64,000 bases of DNA from Histomonas meleagridis 2922-C6/04-290x (GCA_020184695.1 JAANOX010000276.1:124001-188000); one strand, 5' to 3'. Shown: positions 12,071 through 23,959, numbered from the stretch's first letter. Made by a program: numbers and translations. The notes: a model not told the origin generated them from the sequence alone.

Positions 12071-13542
12071 TTAACTAGTCAGTTTCTTATTAATTAAATT
12101 AACGATTTCTATGTGACCTTTTGCAGATGCTTTCATAAGTGCTGTCCGAAATATTTTAAGCAATTTCCAAATATTCTTTTGAAATAAGAAATTATTGAAA
12201 TAAAATCCAAATAAAACAAATAAATATCTTTAGCATTAAAATCAATTCCTTCTTGTTCAAGAAGTAATTTAACGATTTCTATGTGACCTTTTTCAGATGC
12301 CAAAATAAGTGCTGTATAAAATATTTGGATTAATTTCCAAATATTATTTTGAAATAAAAAGGTATTAAAATAAAATTCAAATAAAACAAATAAATATCTT
12401 CAGCATTAATATTAATTCCTTCTTGTTCTAAAACATATTTAACAAGTTCGTTATTTCCTGAATCTGTAGCAAATGGTAAAATATCTTTAGGAACTAAATT
12501 TTCTTTAAGAAAATGCTTAACGAGATAAAGATTTCCTGTTCTTGCTATCTCCAAAATAATATATTTCTTAATTTTCAATCCATTTTCCTGTAAAAAGGTA
12601 AAAATTTCAGTATTCCAAAAAATACTTAGCAAATCTAAATTTTGTTTATTTTTTATATCATCCAATTTGTTATCATAAAGATAATAAAAGATATTATTTC
12701 TATGGAACGCAATTGCTGCTTGATATGCTTTTTTAAATGACGAATGATTTTGCTCACATAAATGAATAATTTCTTCATTTCCACCTGCAACTGCATATTT
12801 ACCTGTTTTTTTTTACTTTTGAATTATTCATAAGTAAATATTTAAAACATTTAACTGATCCAAAAAATGCTGCATAATCAATTAGTGAAACATTTTCTTG
12901 ATTAATAAATGAACATCTTTCATAAATTGATGGTTTAATTGTTTGATTAAAATCAAAATTTGTTTGTGATGATATTTCTTGAAGTTTTTCTATTTCATCA
13001 TTTCGGATTATTTTAGCAATTTCTTTTGGACTGTGTCCTTCTTCAATATATTTCTTATGAAGTTCCCAATCATTCTTCGATAGTTTTTCATAATACTTAA
13101 AAATTGTGTAAAAAGAATCATTCATTTCTTTTTGAATTTCTTCTTGCGACATATAGTGAGCAAAATATGGATTTAACCTGTCTTTTATTATTTTTAAATC
13201 AATAAGATTTTGCTCATACATTTTCAAAATTGGATAATTTGCTTCTTCATAATAACTTGAATGAAAGCCAGTAAAAACTTCAAAAATTTGTGGTTTGATT
13301 TTATTAGTTTCTTGAAATTTTTCAATTTCTTTCATAAAATTTAAATATATATCGAAATCGCTTTCTGGGATAATAATACAACTAGAAATAAATTGGCTTA
13401 TAAGCATATTAAAAGAACATGGAAAGTCATAATCAAATACTGCAATCAATGATTGGGCTGATTGATAAATGTTCTCTTTATTTAAACCAAAAATAATTTT
13501 TTGAACATATTCAACAATTTGCATTTCTTTCGTTTTTTCCAT
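12071..13542 (-). CDS. DUF3447 + ankyrin-repeat protein; one homopolymer frameshift (~12800) and two 68-nt interruptions in the ankyrin repeats
   Basis: IIRNDEIEKLQEI...SLIDYAAFFGSVKCFKYL...YAVAGGN (DUF3447 family), then ankyrin repeats GININAEDI / TALILASEKGHIEIVKLLLEQEGID / TALMKASAKGHIEIVNLINKKLTS*. Confidence 0.75.
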
Positions 13543-13939
13543 TGAAGAAGAATTAGTGTCACTTTTGATTTGTCCTGTACGGAAATTCTCAAAAATCTAT
13601 TTCGATGTAAACTATTCAATCACATTCCAACCCACTCTTGTGATTGTGATCGAATTTCACTGAAAAAGTGTACACAACAGTGTCACTTTTGATTTGCATG
13701 CAAAAGGGTTCTGTGAATGTAAATAAAAAACATAATTGAAATTTTCATCTGAAAATAGCATATTACATTTGTTATTAATGTAACTAATAATAATAGATCA
13801 GGTTTAATTTAGAAGTTCATCAAATGATAATCGTAAAAACACATTTAAGCAAATCTAAACATTTAATATATTAATTTGTGATAAATCTTGAAGAAAATCA
13901 AATATGTAATTCATGTAATTGAATCTAAAATGTATACAT

Positions 13940-14731
13940 TTATTCACAATTCATTTTAAGCTTGAATGCTCTAAATCTATGGTTCAAGCTTGCGCAACAG
14001 TGTATCTGCCCTTGTGAGTATATTCCGCCAAAATCAGGATTATCTTCGATGTAGAATAGCCTTCCAACTCTCGAGTGCACCATCGCCATTGCGCACATCA
14101 TGCATGGCTCATAATAGCAATACACATCGAGACCATTACATAGGTATGAATTGTTTTCTATGGTGTAACGAGATGTGTTACCAAGAGCCCGAATCATTCC
14201 GTGATTAATATTACCAATACAATTTGTGCAATCAGAAATATCTTCACATATTATTTCTGTTGAGTCCGGCTTTTTGATAATTATTGACTTGTTAGTGATG
14301 ACCTTCGAGAGGATTATTGAGTGATCAGAAATTGGATCGATTGGAAGTTGTGGTGATGTGATTACATTGTTCATTGGCCAAAATATAACACATTCATCAC
14401 GTTGTTTCACTGAACGTGGAACCCAAAGTGGAAGCTTGACAACATGAAGCTCAGATGTGATACCTAATTCTTGGAGTTTTTGGAGAATTTCATCATGATT
14501 ATCATTGGTATAACTTACAATTACATCTGAAGTATCACCAATGTGTCTAACTCTTTTGATGTCACGACGCTTTTCAATAATAAAAGAAGTGGTAATAATT
14601 CCTGTTAATTTGACTGGAACTTGAACATAAAGACCATCAAAAAACTGCATTGGAGCTTCAATATCTTTGTCTATGATTTCAATAAGTGATGCATCAGGAG
14701 GAATTGTGGCTGTAGTTTTAGGCTGTTGCAT
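13940..14731 (-). CDS. TAD3: tRNA-specific adenosine deaminase subunit TAD3/ADAT3-like (non-catalytic subunit)
   Basis: YLCNGLDVYCYYEPCMMCAMAMVHSRVGRLFY and IHCCASLNHRFRAF match ADAT3. The HAE motif reads NHGM, lacking the catalytic Glu. First ATG is at 14731. Confidence 0.85.
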   Translation of the reverse strand: MQQPKTTATIPPDASLIEIIDKDIEAPMQFFDGLYVQVPVKLTGIITTSFIIEKRRDIKRVRHIGDTSDVIVSYTNDNHDEILQKLQELGITSELHVVKLPLWVPRSVKQRDECVIFWPMNNVITSPQLPIDPISDHSIILSKVITNKSIIIKKPDSTEIICEDISDCTNCIGNINHGMIRALGNTSRYTIENNSYLCNGLDVYCYYEPCMMCAMAMVHSRVGRLFYIEDNPDFGGIYSQGQIHCCASLNHRFRAFKLKMNCE

Positions 14732-14805
14732 TTCCCTGATACCAAACAAAGATTGTCAAAAAGTGAAAAAATTGAATGGAATAAAGTTAAGAAATCACGA
14801 ACGAT

Positions 14806-15933
14806 ATGATTACGTTTTCTTCTGCTTTAGAACGTTCAAATAAAATCGTCTGTTTTTCCATGGAACAGGCTTTAGATTTCCTAATACTTCCACTTGTACA
14901 ATCTACTTCAGAACAAGATCCAATTAATGTTGAATTAATTCAATCAATTTGTAGTAAAGGCCTTGATGAATGTCCGCCTGAAGATCGTGTAATCGCCTGG
15001 CTTGTTTTATCAGGAATTTATCCGAAGCAACCAGAAGACTGGCCAGATGTCAAAACTATGAGAATAGCACAATACAAAGATTTTATCTCTTTATTCGAAA
15101 TGGAAGGCTATGAAAAGCGTATTATACCCAACACTACCGATCTGTTTGATTATGGAATACCCAAATCCGATCTTATGGAAATTATTCATGGAGATGTCAT
15201 TCGAACATCACATCATATTATCTTTCTTCCATATCCCGATCGCACCATCAAATCTGAAGATCCTGAAGATATACTCCTTCCATATCATGAACAAATGCGT
15301 CGACTTGAACGAATTCTCTATATCTTTGCCTGTGTCAATCCAACACTTTCATATGTTCAAGGGTTCAATGAGATCTGTTGTGTCATTTATTATGCTTTTT
15401 CTCTTGGTCTTCCCTATTTTGCTGGTGATTTTCTTGCCATGGAAGCATTTGTTTTTTATACATTTCAACAACTTTTTGCTGTTACACAAATCAGTGAACT
15501 CTTTACAACACAAGATAAATCATCTTTAATCCATAATCAAATGAAGTTATTTATGGAAGTTCTTAAACGACATTTACCAAACGTAGCAAACATAATTAAT
15601 GGACTTGGAATACATCCATTATGTTTTTGTTATCGATGGTTAAATTTAATGTTTGCACAAGATTATTTAATGCCAAATTTACTTATGATATGGGACGCAT
15701 TATTTGCTCATTTTAATGAATTGATCGACTACGAAAAATATGTTTCCGTCGCACAAATGAAAATGATCAAAAATCAAATAGATAATAACGATTACGTAGG
15801 AACAATAACAGCGTTGCAAAGAATTGAAATTGAAGATGTAAAACTTTTGCTGGTGTATGCAAACCAGTATTGGAATGAGGATCATCAAGAAAAGAAATCA
15901 ATTTTCACGGAAATTTTTAATTTTTTTAAATAA
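14806..15933 (+). CDS. TBC-domain Rab GTPase-activating protein (TBC1D13-like)
   Basis: IHGDVIRT (IxxDxxR), LERILYIFACVNPTLSYVQGFNEI (YxQ), CYRWLNLMFAQDY, IWDALF. Confidence 0.92.
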   Translation: MITFSSALERSNKIVCFSMEQALDFLILPLVQSTSEQDPINVELIQSICSKGLDECPPEDRVIAWLVLSGIYPKQPEDWPDVKTMRIAQYKDFISLFEMEGYEKRIIPNTTDLFDYGIPKSDLMEIIHGDVIRTSHHIIFLPYPDRTIKSEDPEDILLPYHEQMRRLERILYIFACVNPTLSYVQGFNEICCVIYYAFSLGLPYFAGDFLAMEAFVFYTFQQLFAVTQISELFTTQDKSSLIHNQMKLFMEVLKRHLPNVANIINGLGIHPLCFCYRWLNLMFAQDYLMPNLLMIWDALFAHFNELIDYEKYVSVAQMKMIKNQIDNNDYVGTITALQRIEIEDVKLLLVYANQYWNEDHQEKKSIFTEIFNFFK

Positions 15934-16573
15934 AAATTAATTAGTTTGTTGTTCATCATTTATTTTTTTAATATATTTGAAATAAAATTATTTGTGGATT
16001 TTTTATTTACAAAATATATTTTATTATGTCATATTTATTTTATTTTCTATAAATTAATGTATACTAATAAATAGCAACCAATGAATTTATTAATGAATCA
16101 AAAAAAAAAAAACTTTACATTTCTTTGTTTTTAAATATCATATGAAATGATATTGTTTATGCAATAAATTAAAAATATCTTAAAGTATTTTAATTAAAAA
16201 GGCATTTATATAAGAAAACGTTTTTTAGATATAAATATAAATCAAATAATGGTATAAGTTCATTCTTTGACTTTTTTGCAAAATTTAATGTAACAAATAT
16301 ATAATTTAATAGCTATTAGTTACAGTTGATTTCAAAAACATTTTTTGAGATGCAGAAATATTTAAATATTTAAATGTTAACATTGTTGTCAAACATGAAA
16401 ATAAATTATTTATTTAATAAAAAGTAATTATTTAACAAAATGTTTTTAAATCTCTTTGACACACACAAGCAATTGTCATTAGTTTGTTCACAATTTCCTG
16501 CAAAATCTCTTTCGATATCTTTTAATTAAAAACATTTGAAGTTTATAAGCTTTTAATTAATGAAAACACAATT

Positions 16574-19537
16574 TTACACATTTTCTTCTTCCTGCTGTAT
16601 CTGCTGCTGTTGTCTTTGTGGCAAAATTCTTTCTTTAATTTCATTCACAAATTCCTTTTTTACGAAATTCCGAAACACAATTACACATATCACAATTACC
16701 AAAAACAGGATCAATGATATCAACACAATGTACGTAAACTTTGAAACATTCTCATATGTATTAACCTCAACAGTGAATTGATCAGGTTCACTGTCCGTCG
16801 TAAACCATTGAATTGTATGTAAACCGCTTCGCTCAGAATCCTCCTTTACGTAAACGTACACCGCTGTTCCATCGTCATCGATGCCACTTTTTGCAATAAA
16901 CATCAGTTTTTTATCGTTGTCTTGTTGGTTTATGGTGTACTTTGGCCGCGTCATTTTATCGTCGTTATCTTTGTTGATTATGAAAGTGACCAACTTATTA
17001 CCGTTATTAATATTTAATGTTGAATTAATAACAATGTATTTACTATTAACATTTGTTAAGTTAATTAACAAATATAACGAATTAATTGGGCTAACTTGGA
17101 ATGTGTAAAATTGATTTTTAGTAAGTTCCAAAATTGGAATTTGACAATTAATTCCAGTAAACTTTGGATTACATTTACATATTCCATTCCTTATACATTT
17201 GCCATTATTATTACATTGGTTGATACACATTTTACTTTTCATATGTTCAAATGATTTCATCCCAAATAATGGAAATGGCCCATTAACAACTATGGAATAA
17301 TTAATTGTCGCTTGCGATGGAAATCGATTCGAGTAAATGTGAATTGTATATGTACCTTTGACAACGTCTTCTTTCGGAATTACGATCTTTTCGATGGTCG
17401 ATATGCTGTCTTCAATGTTATTAGCATACATATTCCCATAGATGACGTCGTGATTTGGTGTCTCAATGAGTAGATCTAAATCTGCAAAAAGTCCGTTTTC
17501 GAAATATGGATCATTCCAACTAATGGTTACGCGTAAATCACGTAACGGATTTGATGTGTCAATGTGGATTTGATAAGTGTGATGTTGTATGGTTTCAATT
17601 GTGGTGGAATTAAAATATATGCCACTTTCATTAATGGGCGGATATTGATATGAATCATCAAGAACTATGACATTGGCAAGATTTGGGACACCAAAGCCAC
17701 TGTTATAATTGGGTGATGTAGATGCATTATTGAGATACTCGGAAGATTGAATGATAAAAGCTTTGAGAAGATGTGAATGTGAGACTAGGTTAAGAGTTGT
17801 CCCGAAGTGTTTTTGATACATTTGTGGATATTTTTGTTCGATGTATTGAACAAGTAATGCTAACGCCCCTGAAACAGCTGGAGCTGAAACAGAAGTACCA
17901 TATGATGATGAAATACATGTGCTATCTGAAGCAGTTATTCCGGCTTTAGATGAATATATGATTTCACCAGGAGCAACTAATTCAGGCTTAAGTAAACCTT
18001 GGGAACTTGGCCCACGGTTGGAGAAAGAAGCTAATTCAACCTTACCATCTTCGACCCGAATTGAAGAAGAAGAAAACGATATAGAAGCCTTTTCGCCGAT
18101 AGGAATGTATTGGGAATAAACGGTCGAAACCGTCAAAACGACGATGTTTGAATTCATCGAGATTGTTCTATCTGTTATCACAAGTACAATTGGCTTTTCG
18201 AACTTTAAGAGCGAGAAAAACCGCTCTTGATAAGCACCATCACTTTCAAAAAAGAGTATTTGGTTATTTACATCGGACGTATTATACAAATTTGTTGTAT
18301 CTGTAATGATCAAATCCGTATAAGAAAGCATAGGGTCACTTTTCATTAATGTAAATACATTAGAACTTGAAACAGGAATTTTATATTCCCCAACTTCTAT
18401 GTATGTTTGACGATAATTACTGTCTTCAACACTAGCACTCCATGGTTGAGTTGAAGCTCCAACAGTCAATGCGTTCTTGTTGCCTGCTGGAAATACGTTT
18501 AAAACATTTAAAGCTTTCCCATCATTACCAGATGCACAAACCCATAAAACGTCTTCATAACAACTGTTAACTTCACCAAACAACTGTAAAAGCGTTGTGT
18601 CAGGATTTACTATTCCCCAACTACACGAAATTATTCTTGAATTAATTAATGTTGAGTTCTCTGCAGCAGCGGATAATAGATCTGGGTAAAATATCATTGT
18701 TCCCCAATCATCGTATGCTATATCTATTACGCTAAGTTTTGATTCTGGTGCATGTCCATGATAAAGATTTATTGCAATATCAGATTGAGTACTCCCACTA
18801 ATAATCCCACCTGTAGATGTTCCGTGGCCAGCGTTTTTATCGAGGCCATCGGCAATTGTGGCGTATTTATAGATTTTCCTGTGTTTTGGGTTAACTTCGT
18901 TGTAAACCACTGAATTTTTCGAGTCGCGAAAGAAAACGTGATCAACATCAACGCCGCTATCGATAAGGGTAACAACAACACCAGATCCATCAAGGCCTCT
19001 GTTGTTTTGGAGCTGGTTCGATTTGACAACGCCATTAAACATAAATAAATTATCATCACCTGATTGCATAAAACCGGACGTCCAACGATTAAATGGTGTG
19101 ATTTCTGGAATGCTTGTGTAGGATAATACTTTAGGATTTGTTAAAAGACTTGTTTCATTTTTTGTGGTAAATGTGAAATAATTACCAAAAAAGTTTTTTG
19201 CTTCTGGTTCTGTAGAAAATGATGGATCTGCATAAACAATGTAAGTATTTTCGAGTGATGCTAATATTTTTTTATCTGATGATTCTTTTGTTGATTTATT
19301 TAATAATATTCGACTTTTCTGAAAATTGCTTAATTTTTTTAATGAGAATTGATCCAAATATAACCTGAAACTGCAAAATGTTAAGATATCTCTTGGTTTA
19401 ATTGAAAAACCATATTGTTCGGAAAATGAATCGATTGTTAAATTTGTAGGAATATTTATAATATACCATCCTTCATCTTCGAATGACGAAACAGCACAAT
19501 CTTGAATGATAAATACCGAAAAGAGTGCTGTAATCAT
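16574..19537 (-). CDS. Membrane-anchored subtilisin-like serine peptidase (S8) with EGF-like domain and C-terminal TM
   Basis: Signal peptide; catalytic D (TLIDSG), H (GHGTSTGG), oxyanion N (ASGNDG), S (YGTSVSAP); beta-domain DLRVTISWND...DLDL; EGF motif CNNNGKC...CKCNPKFTGINC; TM helix near the C-terminus. Confidence 0.92.
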   Translation of the reverse strand: MITALFSVFIIQDCAVSSFEDEGWYIINIPTNLTIDSFSEQYGFSIKPRDILTFCSFRLYLDQFSLKKLSNFQKSRILLNKSTKESSDKKILASLENTYIVYADPSFSTEPEAKNFFGNYFTFTTKNETSLLTNPKVLSYTSIPEITPFNRWTSGFMQSGDDNLFMFNGVVKSNQLQNNRGLDGSGVVVTLIDSGVDVDHVFFRDSKNSVVYNEVNPKHRKIYKYATIADGLDKNAGHGTSTGGIISGSTQSDIAINLYHGHAPESKLSVIDIAYDDWGTMIFYPDLLSAAAENSTLINSRIISCSWGIVNPDTTLLQLFGEVNSCYEDVLWVCASGNDGKALNVLNVFPAGNKNALTVGASTQPWSASVEDSNYRQTYIEVGEYKIPVSSSNVFTLMKSDPMLSYTDLIITDTTNLYNTSDVNNQILFFESDGAYQERFFSLLKFEKPIVLVITDRTISMNSNIVVLTVSTVYSQYIPIGEKASISFSSSSIRVEDGKVELASFSNRGPSSQGLLKPELVAPGEIIYSSKAGITASDSTCISSSYGTSVSAPAVSGALALLVQYIEQKYPQMYQKHFGTTLNLVSHSHLLKAFIIQSSEYLNNASTSPNYNSGFGVPNLANVIVLDDSYQYPPINESGIYFNSTTIETIQHHTYQIHIDTSNPLRDLRVTISWNDPYFENGLFADLDLLIETPNHDVIYGNMYANNIEDSISTIEKIVIPKEDVVKGTYTIHIYSNRFPSQATINYSIVVNGPFPLFGMKSFEHMKSKMCINQCNNNGKCIRNGICKCNPKFTGINCQIPILELTKNQFYTFQVSPINSLYLLINLTNVNSKYIVINSTLNINNGNKLVTFIINKDNDDKMTRPKYTINQQDNDKKLMFIAKSGIDDDGTAVYVYVKEDSERSGLHTIQWFTTDSEPDQFTVEVNTYENVSKFTYIVLISLILFLVIVICVIVFRNFVKKEFVNEIKERILPQRQQQQIQQEEENV

Positions 19538-20047
19538 CAGGTCGTTCGAAAGATTTTAACACAACTCAGGGCGCCCCACAGAAAGCGTTTCACGTTCTGG
19601 ATGCATCGAAAAAAAATATTGATATTGAGATAATTTTTACTTCAATCAAATGTTGGTAAAACATATTGTAAACCAAAATCATATTAAAATTAATCACAAA
19701 GATGTTTCCTGAATAACAGTGTGGCAAAATTCGAGAAAACCGTAGAGAACGAACGTTCAGATAAAAAAAATGACGTAAGTTTTCATAACATTAACCGATG
19801 TTTCGAATTTTTGAGTGTATCAGCATTCAATTATTTTTTCGTAAGATGTAAAATACTCAAAAAGTCATACGATGATCAAACACAAACAATTGATTCGGTG
19901 ATCGGATCTAAAAGTGCATAAATATCACAATCTTAAAATATTACATAATGGCGAACATGCGATCGTTTGTTTCGTAAGAAAAATCAACGCAAATGTTAGA
20001 AAGTTATTACTAATGAAATTTTTATTTTCTAATTATTACTTTACAAA

Positions 20048-20581
20048 TTACTTTGGTTTCTCTTCAGCTGGCTTTTTCTTTCTTAATCCAGTATCAATTT
20101 TTCCATGTTCAAATTTAGTAAATCTCTTCATCTTGAAGGTTTCCTTGAGAGGAGGCTCTGTTTCTTTCTTTTTAGTGTGACCTAATGAAGCAGCTGTTGG
20201 TCTTAATGGATCAATTTTCTTTCTTGGATGCTTTTTAGCGTCTTTTTGTGAGTTTTCAAGTTTTTTCATTTCTCTTTCATGTTGTTCATTTCTTCTTTCA
20301 ATGATTGCATTTGATCGTAAGAATGGGTCCGTTTTTTGATCAATATCATGAGTGGACATCCCATATACATAATTGGGATCAATTTCACTCGGAAGTGGTT
20401 TTGCTTTGTAAGTTTTGTGAACAAGTTTAACTTGTCCTTTCCGTTTCTTATTTACTTCTAAATTATGTTTTTTTGTTTCCGCGATACGGTTATCCCACCC
20501 TTGTAGAACATCTTTCATGTCCTCGTGTTTGCCATATGTTATTCCATAAACAATATCTTTCTGCTCGGGTTTTTTTGACAT
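20048..20581 (-). CDS. CFAP77/DUF4483-like axonemal protein
   Basis: Two YG-x-ST/YGK repeats and a C-terminal PTAASLGH...FKMKRF...KIDT segment reminiscent of CFAP77 (from memory of the family). Confidence 0.5.
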   Translation of the reverse strand: MSKKPEQKDIVYGITYGKHEDMKDVLQGWDNRIAETKKHNLEVNKKRKGQVKLVHKTYKAKPLPSEIDPNYVYGMSTHDIDQKTDPFLRSNAIIERRNEQHEREMKKLENSQKDAKKHPRKKIDPLRPTAASLGHTKKKETEPPLKETFKMKRFTKFEHGKIDTGLRKKKPAEEKPK

Positions 20582-20809
20582 TCTCTAAAGAGAAATATGT
20601 GGAAAAGTGTCGAATAACGTATTTTTATCATTTTCAACACATAACAATTGTTTAAAATAATCAGTAATCATATTTAGCGTAATCTTAATATTCTTTATTT
20701 CTGTCAATTTAATCTTTCTTAAAAAATGTGAAATTTAAGTTTTTTCAAAAAATTAATAATTACAAAATTTTACAGAAGAAAGATATGAAAATGATAAAAA
20801 ACATTAGAT

Positions 20810-22225
20810 TTATTCACCAATAATTTCACTGATAATTTTGATGATTTTTTCTATATCAATGTTATACTTTTTATCTGTTGAAGGATAACATGAGAAATCG
20901 TTACACGCATTATTACATTTTTGTGTCCTATAGTAGCTAATGTTTAAGCTATCTGCAACGTTTTTGAACCAAGGATTGCATGCATAATCCGCATGAGAAA
21001 CATCAATCACAGCTGATTTAGCAGATCCGAGCCAAGCCATATGGATCAAGCTGCTAATGTGATCACCAATCAATATCTGTGATTCGCTTGTTTGATGAAT
21101 GATTTCTTGAATATTTCCAGATTGAGATAATTCAACAATTTCACAATCGGCAAATTTTTGTTTGATTGGATCATAGATGGCTGGATACAATGTGTCTGTA
21201 ATTATTATCTTCTTCTTTTTAGTCTGATCTAACCCAATTTTCTGTCGAAGAAGAGGAACATCATCGATGAAACCGTTTAGGGCGTCCTGAATTTGATTTG
21301 AATTAACTCTGTCTGAATATGTTGATGTCATCAAAAGTGTCTCGAAGCACATAATGTCATCAAGTTTAACAGGGGCATTAGGTGAAAGAAACTTAAGAAC
21401 TTGATTTGCGTTATCTGGAATCGTTTTCCGGAAAACAATAAGGACTTTATCTGGATTTGGTTCATTTCGAACAACTGATTTCGTTAGAGGAATCAAAGAA
21501 ACAAGAACAGTTTTCCATGCTTCGGTTGGAAATGGAGCAACAAGGAAACATGTTTTCATTGTATGTTTGACCTTTTTGTGATCCAAATATCCATTGAGAA
21601 TAGGCCATCTAAGCATTTCAAAGCGGAAATTATCATTATCAAAAGGAACAGAAGGTCTATCACCATAAATAGGGATGAAATAAAGAAACTTCTCATATTC
21701 AAGACAAACATCATGAAATTTGGCATGATCTGTCCCAGGGTGATCACTTGTGCTATATTCAGGCTTTTTGAGAACAACATCCTTAAGGTCTTTTGTTATG
21801 GATTGTTGCTTGTTGTGAAGACATTGTGTGGTAATCTTTGATTGACCTGCAAATGTATGTTCAACAGTAAAACTTATCCTGTGATCATCTCTAGCAACAT
21901 TCTTAATTTGATCGCCAGAGTACCTCATCACTACAGGATCTGTTTCAACTTTAATAGAAATGAAATGTGGCAAATATTCTGGTGGATATTCAATGGATTG
22001 CTGTGCTTCAAATACAAAATCTATTTCTCCGCCTCTGTCTTCAATGTTCGTAAGATTTAATGAGTGACAATCAATTGAATCAAGTTTTGATGGAAAAGGT
22101 GGCAGCAAAGGTCCTTTATCTAAAGTTGCCATTATAACATAAAGTCCTAGGCATACTATAGTTAAAAGAATAATTACAATGTTTGTTCTTTGCTTTCTTC
22201 GCTGTTTTCCTTTTTCGCTTATCAT
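20810..22225 (-). CDS. Type II membrane protein, probable GT61 (DUF563)-like glycosyltransferase
   Basis: N-terminal basic residues plus TM anchor; C-terminal QILIGDHISSLIHMAWL...VIDV resembles the GT61 VGVHGAGL motif region. Confidence 0.5.
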   Translation of the reverse strand: MISEKGKQRRKQRTNIVIILLTIVCLGLYVIMATLDKGPLLPPFPSKLDSIDCHSLNLTNIEDRGGEIDFVFEAQQSIEYPPEYLPHFISIKVETDPVVMRYSGDQIKNVARDDHRISFTVEHTFAGQSKITTQCLHNKQQSITKDLKDVVLKKPEYSTSDHPGTDHAKFHDVCLEYEKFLYFIPIYGDRPSVPFDNDNFRFEMLRWPILNGYLDHKKVKHTMKTCFLVAPFPTEAWKTVLVSLIPLTKSVVRNEPNPDKVLIVFRKTIPDNANQVLKFLSPNAPVKLDDIMCFETLLMTSTYSDRVNSNQIQDALNGFIDDVPLLRQKIGLDQTKKKKIIITDTLYPAIYDPIKQKFADCEIVELSQSGNIQEIIHQTSESQILIGDHISSLIHMAWLGSAKSAVIDVSHADYACNPWFKNVADSLNISYYRTQKCNNACNDFSCYPSTDKKYNIDIEKIIKIISEIIGE

Positions 22226-22632
22226 GAATTGTGATGTAAAAAGATAAAATGTTGTACAAACTTAACATTGTTATTTATCTTCATCAATTTCAGATCAAAA
22301 GTTTCTAATCAGCCAGCGTTGCAAATTTTAAAGTTGATATACAAATTAAAATTAATGTATTTGAAATCATCAAATTGTTTTAATAATTTACTAATTTATC
22401 AAAAAATAAAGGTAGAAAAAAGTGATAATATGTTATGATTTTAATATTTTAAGTTAACAAAACTTTGTTTAAATTTATTTTTTTTTTAATATAATTTGAA
22501 TATGTTTTAAAGATATATAAATAACAAAAACATTTATACACGAGAAAAACATAAACAATATTCTCACTTATAAACAATATTCAAAACAAAAAATAATTTT
22601 CTTCCAACATTAATTTGTTGATTTATTATTAT

Positions 22633-23625
22633 TCACGTATTTAATGTTTGAACTAAGATCTTTTGGATGTCCTTCTTACAAAAGAAACGATCAAATATAG
22701 AGAACAGAATTATTGCTACAACACATATAGCAGAAAGTGTCCACCCTATTATTTCACTAACTCTGTTCGATGTTCCTTGGTTCAAATCAATTAAACCGCG
22801 TTTCTCAAAGAAATTTTTGAGAACATCGGCAAGACGATAGCCACCAAGAGCAAATTGCATGTGACAAACATCTCGCGCTTTGAGAAGGTAATCTTGAGAC
22901 GGCACGTGGTTCATGCTTACATTATATGCATATTTTCGAGCCACCGCATAGCTTTCTCGAACCCATGAATATGGATCTGTTTTTGATAATTCATCTTGAA
23001 GTTCTGATCTCGGGTATTTTTGAAGAATTTCTGAAACATTATGCTCAAAATCAACTATTGGTAGGTACGTTTGATGTGAGAGTCCAGCACTATCCCAAAG
23101 TTTGTGAACATTGGCTGCCGCATCACCAAGATTTGAACGATCGAGATAATATGAGTTACCACCACGATCACTTGTAGGGAACCTTTCACTAAATAATGCA
23201 ATGCTATGAACTGGACAATGTGAATCACCAATAAAATGAATAAGACATCGAATAGCAAAAGAAAGTGCCCATGGTGAAACTGTAGATGGGTTATTGATGG
23301 TTTCAATGCAGTCTCTGATTACGTTTGATACATTATAAGTTTCTGGAGGTATTTGAAGTACTGACATATCAGTTGCATTAATAAAAGGTTCATTAGCAAA
23401 ATGCCAATTAGACATAACATAAACTCTCCTTTGAATACCTTTGATATCGTCCTGCCAAGATGATATATCAATAATATTTCCTTCTTCGCCTGGCCATAAA
23501 TTTAAAAGATCTGTAATCCATTGATTTTGTTCCTTTGTTAACTCTAATTGTGCAATCCTAGCAGTTGACCTGTGGCCAGAATCCCACCATTCAAATGTTA
23601 GTTTCGCCAAGAACAAAAGAAACAT
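22633..23625 (-). CDS. S1/P1 (class I) nuclease with C-terminal TM helix
   Basis: Signal peptide then WWDSGH; WQDDIK; NWHFAN; HFIGDSHCPVH; DRGGN; VHKLWDS (Zn ligands). Likely start MFLLFL at 23625. Confidence 0.92.
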   Translation of the reverse strand: MFLLFLAKLTFEWWDSGHRSTARIAQLELTKEQNQWITDLLNLWPGEEGNIIDISSWQDDIKGIQRRVYVMSNWHFANEPFINATDMSVLQIPPETYNVSNVIRDCIETINNPSTVSPWALSFAIRCLIHFIGDSHCPVHSIALFSERFPTSDRGGNSYYLDRSNLGDAAANVHKLWDSAGLSHQTYLPIVDFEHNVSEILQKYPRSELQDELSKTDPYSWVRESYAVARKYAYNVSMNHVPSQDYLLKARDVCHMQFALGGYRLADVLKNFFEKRGLIDLNQGTSNRVSEIIGWTLSAICVVAIILFSIFDRFFCKKDIQKILVQTLNT

Positions 23626-23959
23626 TGCTTGGGCTTTGTAAACCGACATATTTCCACACAAACGTCGGTTCATGTAAACGGTCGATTTATTTCAATAAGC
23701 TTGTTTAAGCATGGCAACAGACTTAGTTAAAATGGCAACAAACTTAGTTAAAAATGAATAATAAGATATTTGCAACATTCCATCAAGATCGAACCTTGGT
23801 ACTACCCATTTACACATTTCCAATATTTTTTATATATCTTCATTGTAAATTTTTTAGTTTATTATTATCCATGATGATAAATTTTACTTTGAAGTAAACT
23901 CTTCACCAATTTTCCTGAATTTAATTTTTTGTTCATATCAAAAATCTATGAATTATTGT

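Noticed and set aside
23711-23752. 21-nt tandem duplication upstream of the nuclease; similar 24-nt pair at ~51576-51628
   Set aside because: Two-copy local duplications with no further structure.
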